Of a stretch of 64,000 bases of DNA, positions 1 to 12,000 are shown piece by piece; position 1 is the stretch's first letter; every line of letters begins with the position of its first letter. The DNA lies in the NCBI GenBank assembly GCA_010909165.1, contig MU008157.1:186001-250000 (forward strand). The letters are read 5' to 3'. The notes beneath the pieces were generated by a model. It saw only the letters and a program-made list of their open reading frames with translations, was not told where the DNA came from and ran no database searches. Position numbers and translations under genes: made by a program. The DNA is from Anthoceros angustus. Lineage: Eukaryota; Plantae; Anthocerotophyta.

Positions 1-522
1 CCATTGCCAGCCAGTAATGGACAAACAACTATCATGACAATGGTTGATAAATTCAGGAAGCAAGTACATTGAATCCCTTCCAAGAAGTAAGTGAAAGCTT
101 CTGAAGTTGCTCAATTATTCAAGAAGCTTGTATATGTGTTATATGGACTGCCTATGTAGATTGTGAGTAATAGAGATCCCAGATTTATTGCAAAGTTTTG
201 TCAACAACTTACGAAGAGCTTAGGAGTGCATTTATGTTTGAGCACAGCGTATCATCCTGATATAGATAGATTAACAGAGAGGGTGAACAGAATCCAAGAA
301 GAATACTTACAACACTATATACAGACGGACCAGTGAGACTGGAGTAATCTTGAGAACCGGATGCAGAGTTTTGTTATAATAACACTGTACATAGCTCCAC
401 AGGCTATACACTTTTTCAGATGATGGATAATGAAGCAATGGACGTAGTTTCCATGTTGAATGCTGAATTGTTTGAGACAGCAGCAAGAGAACCACGTGAG
501 TTTATTGAGCAATTGAAGGCTA
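1..522 (+). mobile_element. Decayed Ty3/gypsy (chromovirus) integrase, 5' part
   Basis: Frame 1 reads MVDKFRKQVH*...YGLPM*IVSNRDPRF...STAYHPDIDRLTERVNR, then AEFCYNN..HSSTG after a frameshift. These are rve integrase core motifs with several stops. Confidence 0.9.
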
Positions 523-3045
523 GAACACGATAATTTTTGAAGGGGGTTAATAATCTCGAAGGGGGTTTTCCGCAAATAATCTCTGAAGGGGGTTTTTGAT
601 GGGCCCTAAAACAGCGTTTTGAAGGCATTGCGAAAAACCAAAAAAGGGTGTCACCCAAGAAAGTTACTACTTTCCATCCAAAGAATGTTTGTGTCGAATG
701 GTGGTCGCAAACTCGAACCTAGGGAATGATGCAAAGTAGGAACGGTGAGGAAGGCCGCTCGCAGGACGATCAGAACTCGCTTTTGGGATGGAAATGTGGT
801 TTTGTTATGACACCACAAAAGCCACTATGTATTTCCAACACGTAAACATCAAGAACCGGACTTACAACATTAACTCGGGACCCCGAAAACGAGATTTCGC
901 CACTCATCCCCGTAGTTCAATCCATCGTCATCACTTGGTCCAAATTTCTCCGCATTGTCATCACTATCTTCGCCGCACTTTGACTCGCAGTTGTATGAAG
1001 CCACGCAACTCGCAGAGCTTATCCCTTATCGCTTTTTGTCCACCGCATACGGATGTTTCCGTATGCTCAACACAAACCCATAATACAGATGACTGTTTCA
1101 TCTACAAATACCTCCTGTATGTTTTTAGGTAATGGATCTTATTCCCTTTTTCCCAAGATTGGACCGATGGGTTACCACCGCGACTATGTATTCCCGCACA
1201 TATCTCCCTTCATACGCATCTGTGCTCGGTCCGATACTAGTGGATAAGAAAGTGAGGTCGTGGTGCGTTTAGCTTCACGCCAATGACCTCCCAATCCGTA
1301 ATGGCCTAGTATGCGTGTCCGTATTGCACGGCACGCCGTAAACATCCCTCCTGATTTCGCTATGTCCCCATTCATCCGCCATTTCCCACAGCTTGCCTTC
1401 CCGCATTTTGATATGCCCCCAAATACATATCACGTGGAGGTCCTCAATAATGCCTCATCTAGCAAAGCTTCATCCGCACTTGAAGTGGTCAGTCAGATGA
1501 TCCACTTCTACACGTGAAAACCACTTCCAAGGACGTAGCACTAGCCCAATGTTATTCTCCACAATGATAGCAATCTCCTTCCGTCCACCCAAAAGGCTTC
1601 CCACCACTTGTACTCTTCAATACCATGGATGGACGCAAATCTTTTAACCCTTCCCGCAAATGGGCCACACCTTCCATCGGTGATAGGATACCCGCTGCCC
1701 TTCTTGTCCCCCTAGCTTCACCCATGCACCGTAGGATGGTGCAGGAGGGCGCCGACCGGCGCCTCCCCAAGATGCCCATGGCCGGCCGGCGCCTCCCCTA
1801 GCACACCGCCCATGGGCGCCGGCCGGCGCCCCTAGCACCCCGCCCATGGGCGCGGCCGCCGCGCCAACACGCCCGCCCATGGCGCGGCCGGCCGCCGCGC
1901 CCCTAGCACACTCGCCCATGGCCACGCGCCTCCCCAGCACACCGCCCATGATGGGCCACCAACACGCCCGCCGATGCATGGCCGGCCGGCCTCCCCTAGC
2001 ACACCGCCCATGGGCGCCACGGCCCTCCCCAGCACACCGCCCATGGCGCGGCCGGCGCCTCCCCTAGCACACCGCCCATGGCGCCGGCCGCCGCCTCCCC
2101 AGCACACTCGCCCATGGCGCGGCCGGCCGGCCGGCGCCTCCCCAGCACGTTCTCGCCTGCCCATGGGCGCTGGCCGGCCGGCGCCCATGGCCCTCATAGG
2201 CTGTCTTCAAGAAAATATATATTTAGCGCCTCAAGAGTTGCAACTTGGGATTGTTGGTTAAGTGTTTGGGAAATAAGTGTAGTAATGAATAGGTTGCGTG
2301 TTCAAACCCGTATCTTCCTAACAACTCAATTTTGTTGATTTTAAGGATGCTTGCATGGGCGCATGGGCAACTAACTTTGTTCATTTTAAGGACGCTAGCA
2401 TTGCCTTAAAGCCCAAGTGGTTGCATTGAGTGCCGAAGGTTGAAGACCACGACCGGCGACCTTTTGGATGAGGGTCGAGATGCTAGATCTTTGTGTGGCG
2501 CCGACACCGCCGGACTGGCCCAAGAATGGTACTATTGAAGACGAGCAAGCAATGGAGGAGAACGACAACTTCGAGGCGGAGGATATGGACCGCCTCGAAT
2601 ATGGCGGTGGTACTTGACTCGGTTGCGCAAGGCATGGATGAGTCGCCAGCCGCACTCTTGAATGACTATTGTCGATGCCGATGACCACTTCTTCCTTTAG
2701 CAGCTTGTTTGTTGCAATGTTCTCACGACCATTGAAATAAGACTCCTGCTAGTACAAGATTGTTTTCATTGTGTTCCACCACTTGAAAGTAAAAGTTTTC
2801 GGTTGTAATAAACATATGAAAATGGCAGCCCTCTATGCATTCTACAAAAACGCAGACGGGCCCACACCCTATTGTGCTCCAGTTCTCGGGTGTAGACTTG
2901 AAAGTGCATCTTTTATCAAAGGTATGACCTCAGAAAGGGTGTGTGCATTATCAAAGTAGGGCACATATGCTGTTCTAGGAAAGGTGTTCTTCGTGACAAG
3001 GGTGTCGTTCTCCAAGGTGATATCCCCTTCAAAATTATCGTGTTC
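523..3045. mobile_element. Non-autonomous TIR DNA transposon inserted in the gypsy integrase
   Basis: Termini GAACACGATAATTTTTGAAGGGG and CCCCTTCAAAATTATCGTGTTC are inverted, and TA is duplicated at 521-522 and 3046-3047 (equally readable as a CTAG TSD). Removing the insert restores the integrase frame QLKARHEVAKKILAKAQERQ. Confidence 0.9.
1770..2195. repeat. GC-rich minisatellite (about 36-38 bp unit, CCATGGCGCGGCCGGCGCCTCCCCTAGCACACCGC)
   Basis: About 11 degenerate tandem copies are visible inside the TIR element. Confidence 0.9.
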
Positions 3046-3630
3046 TAGGCATGAAGTTGCCAAGAAGATTTTGGCCAAAGCTCAAGAAAGACAAGAAGTT
3101 TTTGCTGATAGGCACAGGAAAGAGGCAGAGTTTCAAGTAGGTGACAATTAATGTGGGTGAAATTGAAGAATTTCCCATTATCACAAGGGTTGACCTCAAA
3201 GTTCAGGCCTAAGTATGGAGAACCTTTTGTAGTTCTGAAGTGCATTGGGAATGTGGCTTACAAACTACGACTGCCTGAATGGATCTTCTCTCATAATGTG
3301 TTTCATATCTCGTTGCTGAAACCATTTGTGATTTCGAAAGAGAATGAGGATATGAACCAGAAGAATTATGTCATCCTGGTTCAATACAGATCTCATGGAC
3401 TGCGGGAGATTGTTGAATTCGACAGAGAATCGGCCGACCGTGGAGGTTGTTGAATTCATAGAGAGAACCGGGTCTTTGTCAGAAGTTATGTACCAGAGTA
3501 TTTAGTAAGGCTTCGTGGTTATGCAGATCTTGTCTGGGTTTCACTTGAAGATGTGCAACAAGGATCATGGATGATCTTACATTACACTGGAGGTCATTGA
3601 GGACAATGACATCTTCCCAATAGGGGAGAG
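3046..3630 (+). mobile_element. Chromovirus integrase C-terminus, chromodomain and polypurine tract
   Basis: KFRPKYGEPF..IGNVAYKLRLP..HNVFHISLLKPF (GPY/F region), chromodomain-like EYLVRLRGY...WVSLEDV, then the purine tract AGGGGAGAG at about 3622-3630. Confidence 0.88.
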
Positions 3631-4403
3631 AGTAACGACACTAGTGAAATAAGGTAGAAAGGTTAAAAGTTAAAAGAGATAAAAGTGGGGGAGAGAGTAA
3701 CGGTACTGGTGAAATAAGGTAGAAAGGTTAAAAATTAAAAGAGATAAAAAAACTAATTAGTAGTTGCCCTATTAAGAAGATGCATGTGTTGCATGCTTCA
3801 TGCAATTTCCTATTAGAGAGGAATTGCTACAGCCATTAATGAAGAACTACTTGAAACTAATTAGTAGTTGCCCTATTAAGAAGATGCATGTGTTGCATGC
3901 TTCATGCAATTTCCTATTAGAGAGGAATTGCTACAGCCATTAATGAAGAACTACCTGAAGAAGACTCTTAGTGATTAGTAGTCTATAAGAATCCCCTGAG
4001 TTAACAGCTGCCTAGTTAAGGTGAGTCTGTATGAGAGCGAGAGTAAGTGCTTTGAGAAATCATCATCATTCACTTTATGATGCGCTGCAAGCCTTGTGTT
4101 GAGAGAGTTGTAGAGAACTTTAGCTAGTGAGATTGTCGTTGAGTCTAGGGCAGTAGCCAGTTGGGTGTAATTTCTATCAATAAAGAGCAATAAAGAGCAA
4201 TAAAGAGCAGCACCTCAAGGAGGTGGCCTGCGAGACGTCAGTGGACGGCGGGCTACTTGAGGCCTAGTCCTGCGTTGTGAGGTTGAGACCGCTAAGAATC
4301 TTGCAAGTCTTTTTATGGAGTGAATTGGTGAGATCCTAGACCGCTAGGAAGTTGGCACTTGTCGCTTCTTTACTGACAGCGACTGCGTAGAGAGGGCGTT
4401 ACT
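3631..4403 (+). mobile_element. 3' LTR of the chromovirus
   Basis: Starts right after the PPT and is bounded by the 7-bp inverted repeat AGTAACG...CGTTACT. Contains TATAAG, three AATAAA and internal tandem duplications (about 65 bp and about 105 bp). Confidence 0.7.
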
Positions 4404-4912
4404 ATCATAGTATTTATAATATTAGATTTTCATAATACTAGGCTTTCTCATTGTCGCCACTGCCACTCCCTCTATTGTTTGATAAAGAAGGTTAATTTCT
4501 ATTGTTTAATACAATGGGTTCGTATCTATACCCAAGAGATTGTAGGATGATAAAGAGCACTTTCTCCTCAATGTGAAGAGATACTTTTTGCTCTTAGAAA
4601 CACCATTGAGTAGAACCTTGCGATTTCTAGCCTGAGATTCTTTCCATCATCCACGCCTATAGTAGGACCTTGTCATTCTAATCTTAGGTTACATGCAATT
4701 CATCCTTTACATAGGTCTCACCCACTCTATTAGATATTTATCATAAAGTTTTTACTTGAGCTCATAAACTTATACACATAAAAACATTTCAAACCTTTAA
4801 CGTAACGAATAAATTACGCATACATACCTACCTAAGGTACAATTACGCAAGTAATTAAAATTTATTACGAAGAAAATCCTGTACAAAACAATGTCCCTAC
4901 CGAACCCCGAGC

Positions 4913-7535
4913 TTAATAACTAAGTCCATATGTGTATGCATACAGGGGGTCGTAGTTATTGGTTTCAAAGGCCATTGGCAGGTCGGTAACGTTATGAAAC
5001 CAGGTGAAGGGAGTTTTGCCAACGAAGTTGTAGTCTCCGAAAAGGACGTCTGCTATGCCAGAGCCCGCTTCAGAACCTGGTAACCAGGCCGCCACCAGAC
5101 TTTTGATGATGGACAGGTAAGGCTCTACGACCAGCGGTCTGCCGGAAATGAGCACCACAACGCAAGGAACTAGATTGCACACGTTGCCGATGATGTCGGG
5201 GCCTGGGTCTGGAATGGTTAGGTTGTTCTTGTTGTCGCCGTTGGTCTCGGCATACGGCTGCTCCCCAACCACCACAATAGCGTAATCAAACGGTCCCATG
5301 TTGGCTAGAGACGCCTGGTCTGGGTTGGCGTTGTACACCACCTGTGTAGATTCTGACACAGCATTCTGGATTCCCTGAAGAATGGTCGTTGCGCCTGTTA
5401 TACAGGTGAGCGGTGGTCAGAGCGTGGCACAGATACAACAGACCGGGACCAGACTGATGGAGGGTGTAAGGCGAGTCAGTAAACAAACCGATGGTCCAGT
5501 TGTTGCCTGGAGCTCCTTGCCAGGTGATTGTCCACCCTCCACATTGCAAGCCGACGTCGTCTGCGTGGACGCCTGCAACCAAGATCCTTGACGCGTTTTT
5601 CGAAAGAGGCAAAAAGGAAGTCCCATTGACGTCCGAGTTTTGAAGCAGAACCAGGGACTTGCGGACAGCTTCTCTTGCCAATTCTCTGTGAGACTGAGAG
5701 AATCAATGTACAGGTTAGGAATCAATGGCTCATTGAAGGCACAGACATATGGCTTTTGTGCTGCGAGCAAGATAGATACCTCTTGACCAATAGCCCCAGC
5801 AAGGTCCGGATCCGAGTAAGGATTTTCAAACAAGCCCAAGATGAATTTCACTCGCAATATTCGGGTAACGGCATCATCAATTCTGTCCATGCTAATTGCA
5901 CTGCTATTAACCAGGTTCGTCAAAGTTGTGATGAATGTCTGATAGTCTTCTGGAACCATGACCTGGCAGGAAGATTGAGAGGAGTGTACATGAGAAAGGC
6001 CAACTGATCAATGACTGACAACCTCAGGGATTCTTCCAGAGATTTCAGGTGACAGACCATGTCAAGCCCGGCATTAATACTCATTCGAACTGAGAGATTG
6101 TAGTTTGAATCTGGAGGAGACGTAATCCTGTCAATCCCCTGCCAGTCGGAGACCGTGAATCCCTGCAAAGCAAACGCAAGGGCTCGCCACGAATTAGACC
6201 AAGGATTTCCTTTAGGGCTGGCTATTTCTATTTGAATCCTGAGACACAGCAATCTGTTTGCCCGTGCAGACCTCTCACCTTGAATTCGAGCTCCTGCTTT
6301 AAGAAGTGGCTAATGAGGTACCGGTTGGCGTGCATTTTCTCGCCATTCCAGCTGCTGTAGGAGATCATAACTGTGGCCACTCCTTGATCAACGGCTTGCA
6401 GATAAGGCCTCGCATGGATCCTGACCAGATCCCTATAGTTGATGATGGTGTTATTCTCATTGATGCCCCGAGTCGTGCCCCCGTCTCCAACGAAATGCTT
6501 GGCGCAGGATGCAACGCTTGTTCTGCAAAGCCGATTCAACCCATCCCATTGATCACTGACAAGTTACAACAGAGCAAATGAAAGCCGCACAAGTTAGGTG
6601 TATTGTACACAGGAATGCGGAGGCATCTTACGTTTGGCTGCTAGACGTCCGGTTGCCAATAATCGGAGTTCCAGAATCCGTACTCCTTGCGTTGCCATTA
6701 TTCGGATAAGCATTGCCTTGCAGACCGCTCACGGCAGTCGTCATGTTCGCCACTCTCGCGGGATCCTCACTGAAACTCTCATAACAGCGGCCCCATCGAG
6801 GATCGCGGCAAACAGCTACACAGGGAGCGAAGGCCCAGTGCATTCCGGCTGCCTTTACCTCAAGAGCTGTAGCTTGAGCAATACGGTAGACCAGCTCCGA
6901 ATCGCTGCCACAATTAAAAAACACGGTAAAGACACACCATCTGGAGTTCACGCAAATCTGGACTTCATCACATAGTCACGCGTCGGGGTCTACCCCGTAG
7001 CTCCCAGACCAACGTTGTGCGGGAAAATAGTCGCGCCGTACACGTTGTTGTTGCCGTGGACAGCATCAATGCCGTATATCAGGGGGATTCCCAGCCTGGT
7101 GCTCAGAGCGCCTGTTTGGAAGCCGTCAATCATATTGGCCCAGTCTTGCGCCGAAGCATTGTCACGTGGTGACATCCCTCCGCCATTGATCACGCTCCCT
7201 GCATCATGCACTCCGTCAAGCTGTGAGACTATGCAGGCAGACTCAATCTCAACGCATTGGAATCTTTTCAGCCGATTCCACTTCGACCGATCTGCAAGAA
7301 AGAATCCCGCCTTACCGATGAGGTAATCTTGCACCACGGACGAGTTGCAGACGTTTATGTCGATCTGTGTCATCTGGCCAACCTTTTCTGTCAGATTCAT
7401 TCTCCCAAGCAAGTCTGACACGCGGTCGTCGACAGGAATAGTTGAATCCATGTAAGGCAGGCTCTGCGCTCGTGCAAATGGCAAGACACTGAAGCATCGG
7501 AACAGAAGAAGAACAAGAGCTGAAAGGAGTGCCAT
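4913..7535 (-). CDS. Secreted GH3 beta-glucosidase / beta-D-glucan exohydrolase (multi-exon)
   Basis: Signal peptide [12 protein letters not shown], then [44 protein letters not shown], the nucleophile motif [12 protein letters not shown] and AWLPGSE, spread over exons with GT-AG introns. Confidence 0.95.
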
Positions 7536-7841
7536 CGTGCAGCCGCGGACGTCGAGACGCAGAGAGTGTGACAAGCGAGGGTAGGAAGGCGTGACAAGAA
7601 ATGGCGAAGCGGCAGGCCGTGGCAGGACAATGCGGCGTCCCATCAAATACGAGCCAGATGGCTGCCGATGGAACGTGAGGCTGCCCGGGGCTGGCCGTGC
7701 TGCCCGATGGAGCGTGAGGCTGCCCGGTGCTGCCCGTGTTCGCATAGTGCTGCAGGTCTCATTACCTGGTATGTATAAACCGCGATGGAGACAAGTGTCC
7801 GTAAAATACACAAGTTCTGTCCTATGCCGCTCATGATTAGG

Positions 7842-7863
7842 TGTGGAATACCGAAGTGGTGAC
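7842..7863 (+). mobile_element. IS3EU-like terminal inverted repeat (probable left end of a large host element)
   Basis: TGTGGAATACCGAAGTGGTGAC matches the TIR at 13999-14020 at 18 of 22 positions. Confidence 0.6.
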
Positions 7864-7936
7864 GGGGAGGGTTGTGTGTGACAATTTGTTTTTCGCCAGT
7901 ATTTTACACTTAGATGCCTCGACATCTTTAAAAATT

Positions 7937-8070
7937 TTTTGTCTTATATGGCCACATCATCGCATGATTAGCTCTATGTGGCCCAAATCTTTCTTTTTGG
8001 GTCTTTGTCTTATACGGCCACATCATCGCATGATTAGCTATATGTGGCCCAAATCTTTCTTTTTGGGTCT
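7937..8070. repeat. Tandem duplication of about 66 bp
   Basis: TTTGTCTTATA(T/C)GGCCACATCATCGCATGATTAGCT..ATGTGGCCCAAATCTTTCTTTTTGGGTCT occurs twice. Confidence 0.9.
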
Positions 8071-8095
8071 GGTGTTGGGTATGGAATAGGGGTGC

Positions 8096-9990
8096 TTGTC
8101 CGATTGCGGAAGGCAAAGGGGGAGCGAAGCTCCATGGCCAGCAAACTGGTGGAGCTACAACGACGAAGGGAGGAGGAGACGGCCGAGTAGCAAAGAAGGC
8201 AGGAGGTGTCGAGGCCGCCTTGGCGGCATCAAGGAGTCCGCCGGTTGGCGAGCCCGGGCGGCGAGACGATCCAGGCCGGACAACACGCCCAACCGCCGGA
8301 GCACCTATGGAGGAGGGAGGTGCTCGGGCCCATGTGGAGGAGGCAATTCAACAAGTCGATCGACTTTGCCTACTACCACGGAGCTCCTCAAGGCCCCTGA
8401 GGTCTTGCGCCACCCTCGGCAGGTGGACGGACCTGAGGTCCGGACTTTGTCCGGGGAGGAGCGAGGAGGAAGGCCCCGAGGCACACAACCTGGGACCTTA
8501 GGAGCCACTGCTTGACGACGACGAAGGAGGAGGAGGAGGAGGAGCAGGACGCAAGGAAGGCCGCTACGCCTGAGGTAAGCACTCCGCACCTCACCACGGA
8601 AGGAAGGGAGGAGGGCCCTGGGGAGGCCGTAGAAGGGGCGGGTCCGGAGAACCTGGACCCACGGGAGGGCTCAGTGGGTGAACCATTGAGAAGTCCAATG
8701 AGGGGAGAGCCTGAGTCCGGACTTTGTCCGGACTCTGACCCGAGGTCCGGCCTCAAGAAAGTCCGGACCCGAGGTCCGGACTTAGTGACGAGACCGGACC
8801 CAGAGGTCCGGACTGTAGGAAGACCGCCCGTAAGACCGGACCCAGGCGAGTTCGCACGAGGTCCGAACTCAGAAGACCGGACCAGGTCCTGGACTCGAGG
8901 AAGACCGGACCTAGAGGTCCAGACTCCGGAGTCGAGACTGGACCCTGAGGTCCAGATTCAGGGAGCAGAAGGGAGTCACCAATCACCAGCCCTGACAGAA
9001 CCATCTCTTAGAGGGCCCGCTGTACAAGGGCCCGCCAGCGAGACAAGAGAGGATGGGGAGGAGGACTTAGTGGTGACCGCCGTTGTCAGGCCGCCGCCGG
9101 TAGCTCAGCCTGACAGAGTCTCGGGGAGAGGTAGGGGCCCCGCCTCGCGGATCATCCGATTGGGGGCGCCGCAGTTGTCAGGGCTAGGGCTTGGGCCGCC
9201 AGCGCCGAGGCGGAACCAGGAGCAATCCCAGCCCCACCGCCGAAGGCATAGATAGGCGGAATAAGGGAGATAGTAGGCGGCCAGCAAGGGCCCACTGAGC
9301 TGGCCACCAGCTCAGAATAGGAGTGTAATAAAGACGCCGACCTTCGGCGTAGTATAAGAGGGCTGAGGCTGCTCTAGTAAAGTATCTTTCTCTTGGTGTT
9401 GATGCCGCGTTTTCTTGCAGGCCCTTGTGCGTCTTCTTGCTAACGTGAGTCCTGAGTCACTGAGCAGGCACGACATCCTCGGAGAGACTGATCAAGGTCC
9501 TGGTGACGGACCCTAACGTGTGGTGGTGTGTGCAGGGAAGAGCGATCAGGGACCCTTGCTCGTCCCGAGCAGCGGCCCAGCGTCGGACGGACCGGAACGT
9601 GTGAGCCGGAGGAACTCCGGGAGGGCGTGTAGAGCCCGGACGGAGAGGCCTGGCAGAGCGACGGAGGAGGTCCGGACCGCGCAGCCACCCGCGTTTTTCC
9701 CCAAGGACGATGAGTGTAGTGAGAGTGGTGAGAGGAGCGGACTAGAGGAACGAGTGACGAACTTGAATGATACGGACGCGAACGGGTCCTTAAACGCGTT
9801 TACGCCGAGCACATTCGGTGAGCGTTACGGGTAGTTAGTCGAAAGCGATGAATGTGTGTTGAGTTCAAAGCGGTCATGCGTGAGGTGAAAGCGATTGAAC
9901 GTGGCAACGGAGCCTATCATTCTCTTGAGCACCCTTACTACAACGACACGGATTGTGCGCTGGCCGTCCGAAAGTCGCGCCGCAAAGGCT
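8096..9990 (+). mobile_element. GC-rich LTR-retrotransposon-like fragment (possibly Tat/Retand-type LTR)
   Basis: Many GAGGTCCGGAC repeats, AATAAA and TATAAG at about 9327-9358, and loosely inverted ends near 8096 and 9710. No pol motifs and no TSD, so the family assignment is tentative. Confidence 0.35.
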
Positions 9991-10236
9991 CGCTCAAATG
10001 TGCTGGAAAATGCAGAATTCAATTTTTGCCTTGCCAAAAGTAGAGTTAGGAATGAGCACCGCATAGGTATTTTGAAATCTCGTTGGGCCTCCCTTCGAGA
10101 AATGAGGCAGCAGATAAGATGTCCTCGGGATATGCGGGAGGTAGTCCGCTGGGTTGCAGCATGTTGTGTTCTTCATAACATGTTAGCTCGCCTTGGTGAT
10201 AGATGGACAGACATGCTTCTGGAGGAAGGTGACTAA
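9990..10236 (+). mobile_element. PIF/Harbinger DDE transposase, C-terminal fragment
   Basis: NAEFNFCLAKSRVRNEHRIGILKSRWASL...AACCVLHNM is the DDE_Tnp_4 (HARBI1-like) signature. The N-terminal part is missing. Confidence 0.9.
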
Positions 10237-10564
10237 GTAGAGTCTTCTGGTGAAGTTGTTGGGGCTAGTACCATTCACGCTGAGAGTTTTCGTGAGTCTC
10301 TGAAGATGATTACTCTTCAGACAAATTACGAACGTGGAGTTCTTCCTTTGTCTCCTCGACCAGAAGCATGAAGATATCATTTGCCACAACGTTTGCAAGC
10401 CTTACTTGGTTTTGTTGTCCTCAAACACCTAGAAGGGAAGCTATATTTCTGCCAATCAAATGAACTTTAGCATATGCTCCAATTGCTCATTGTCGTAGCC
10501 CTTTTCCACGGCCGTCCGAATGAGCAACAATTTTGTATCCTCAAACGCTCATCGCCTCATGTAA

Positions 10565-12000
10565 CCATCTCTTAGAGGGCCCAGACAAGGGCCCGCCAAT
10601 GACAAGAGAGGATGGGGAGGAGGACTTAGTGGTGATCACGTTGTCGCCGCCGGTAGCTCTGACAGAGTCTCGGGAGGTAGGGGCCTCGCGGATCATCCGA
10701 TTGGGCGCATTGTCGTGGCTAGGCTTGGGCACAGCCGCGGGGCGGAACCAGGAGCAATCCTAGCCCCACCGCCAAGGCATAGATAGCGGAATAAGGGAGA
10801 TAGTAGGCGCCAAGGGCCCACCGAGGTTGCCACCACTGTAATAGGAGTGTAATAAAGACGACCTTGTAGTATAAGAGGGTCGATGCCGCCTCTAGTAAAG
10901 TATATTTCTCTTGGTGTTGATGCGCGCTTGCAGCCCTTGTGCGTCTTCTTGCTAACGTGAGTCTGAGTCACCGAAAGGTGCACGACATCCTCGGAGAGAC
11001 CGATCAAGGTCCCGTGACAAACCCTAACGTGTGGTGGTGTGTGCGGGAAGAGCGATCAGGATCTGCTCGCCCGAGCGCCCAAGATCGACGAACCGGAACG
11101 TGTGAGCCGGAGGAACTCCGGGAGGCGTGTAGAGCGGACGAGAGGCTCGGCAGAGCGGAGGAGGTCCGGACCGCAGCCCACCCGCGTTTTCCCCAAGGAC
11201 GATGAGTGTAGTGAGAGTGGTGAGGGGAGACTAGAGGAACGAGTGACGAACTTGAATGATACGACAACGGGTCCTTAAACGCTTTGGCCACGACTGCTCG
11301 GTGAACGTTACGGTAGTTAGTCGAAACGATGAATGTGTGTGAGTTCAAAGCGGTCATGCGTGAGGTGAGAAACGATTGAACGTGGCAACGGAGCCTATCA
11401 TTCTCTTGAGCACTTACTACAACGACACGGATTGTGCGCTGGCCGTCCGAAAGTCGCGCCAAGGCTCGCTCAAATGTGCTGGAAAATGCAATTCAATTTT
11501 GCCTTGCCAAAAGTAGAGTTAGGAATGAGCACCGCATAGGTATTTTGAAATCTCGTTGGGCCTCCTTCGAGAAATGAGGCAGCAAGATGTCCTCGGATAT
11601 GCGGAGGTAGTCCATTGGGTTGCGATGTTGTGTTCTTCATAACATGTTAGCTCGCCTTGGTGATAGATGGATGACATGCTCGGAGGAAGGTGACTAAGTA
11701 GAGTCTTCCGTGAAGTTGTTGGGGCTAGTACCATTCACGAGAGTTTTCGTGAGTCTCAAGATGATTACTGCATAAATTACGAACGTGAGTTCTTCCTTTG
11801 TCTCTCGACCAAGCATGAAGATATCATTTGCCACAACGCTTGCAAGCCTTACTTGGTTTTGTTGTCCTCAAACACCTAGAAGGGAAGCTATATTTCGCCA
11901 ATCAAATGAACTTTAGCATATGCTCCAATTGTCATTGTCGTAGCCCTTTTCCACGGCCGTCCGAATGAGCAACGCTTTTGTATCCTCAAACGCTCACTGC
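10565..12000 (+). repeat. Indel-rich tandem copy of 9001-10558
   Basis: Colinear with 9001-10558 along its length but about 120 bp shorter through scattered 1-4 bp deletions. Confidence 0.92.

Noticed and set aside
1644-2338. Several long Pro/Arg/Gly/Ala-rich ORFs on both strands
   Set aside because: They are a by-product of the GC-rich minisatellite and carry no domain signal.
8512-9255. 247-aa ORF with RPDPEV repeats
   Set aside because: Non-ATG start and low complexity. It is explained by GAGGTCCGGAC DNA repeats in a TE fragment.
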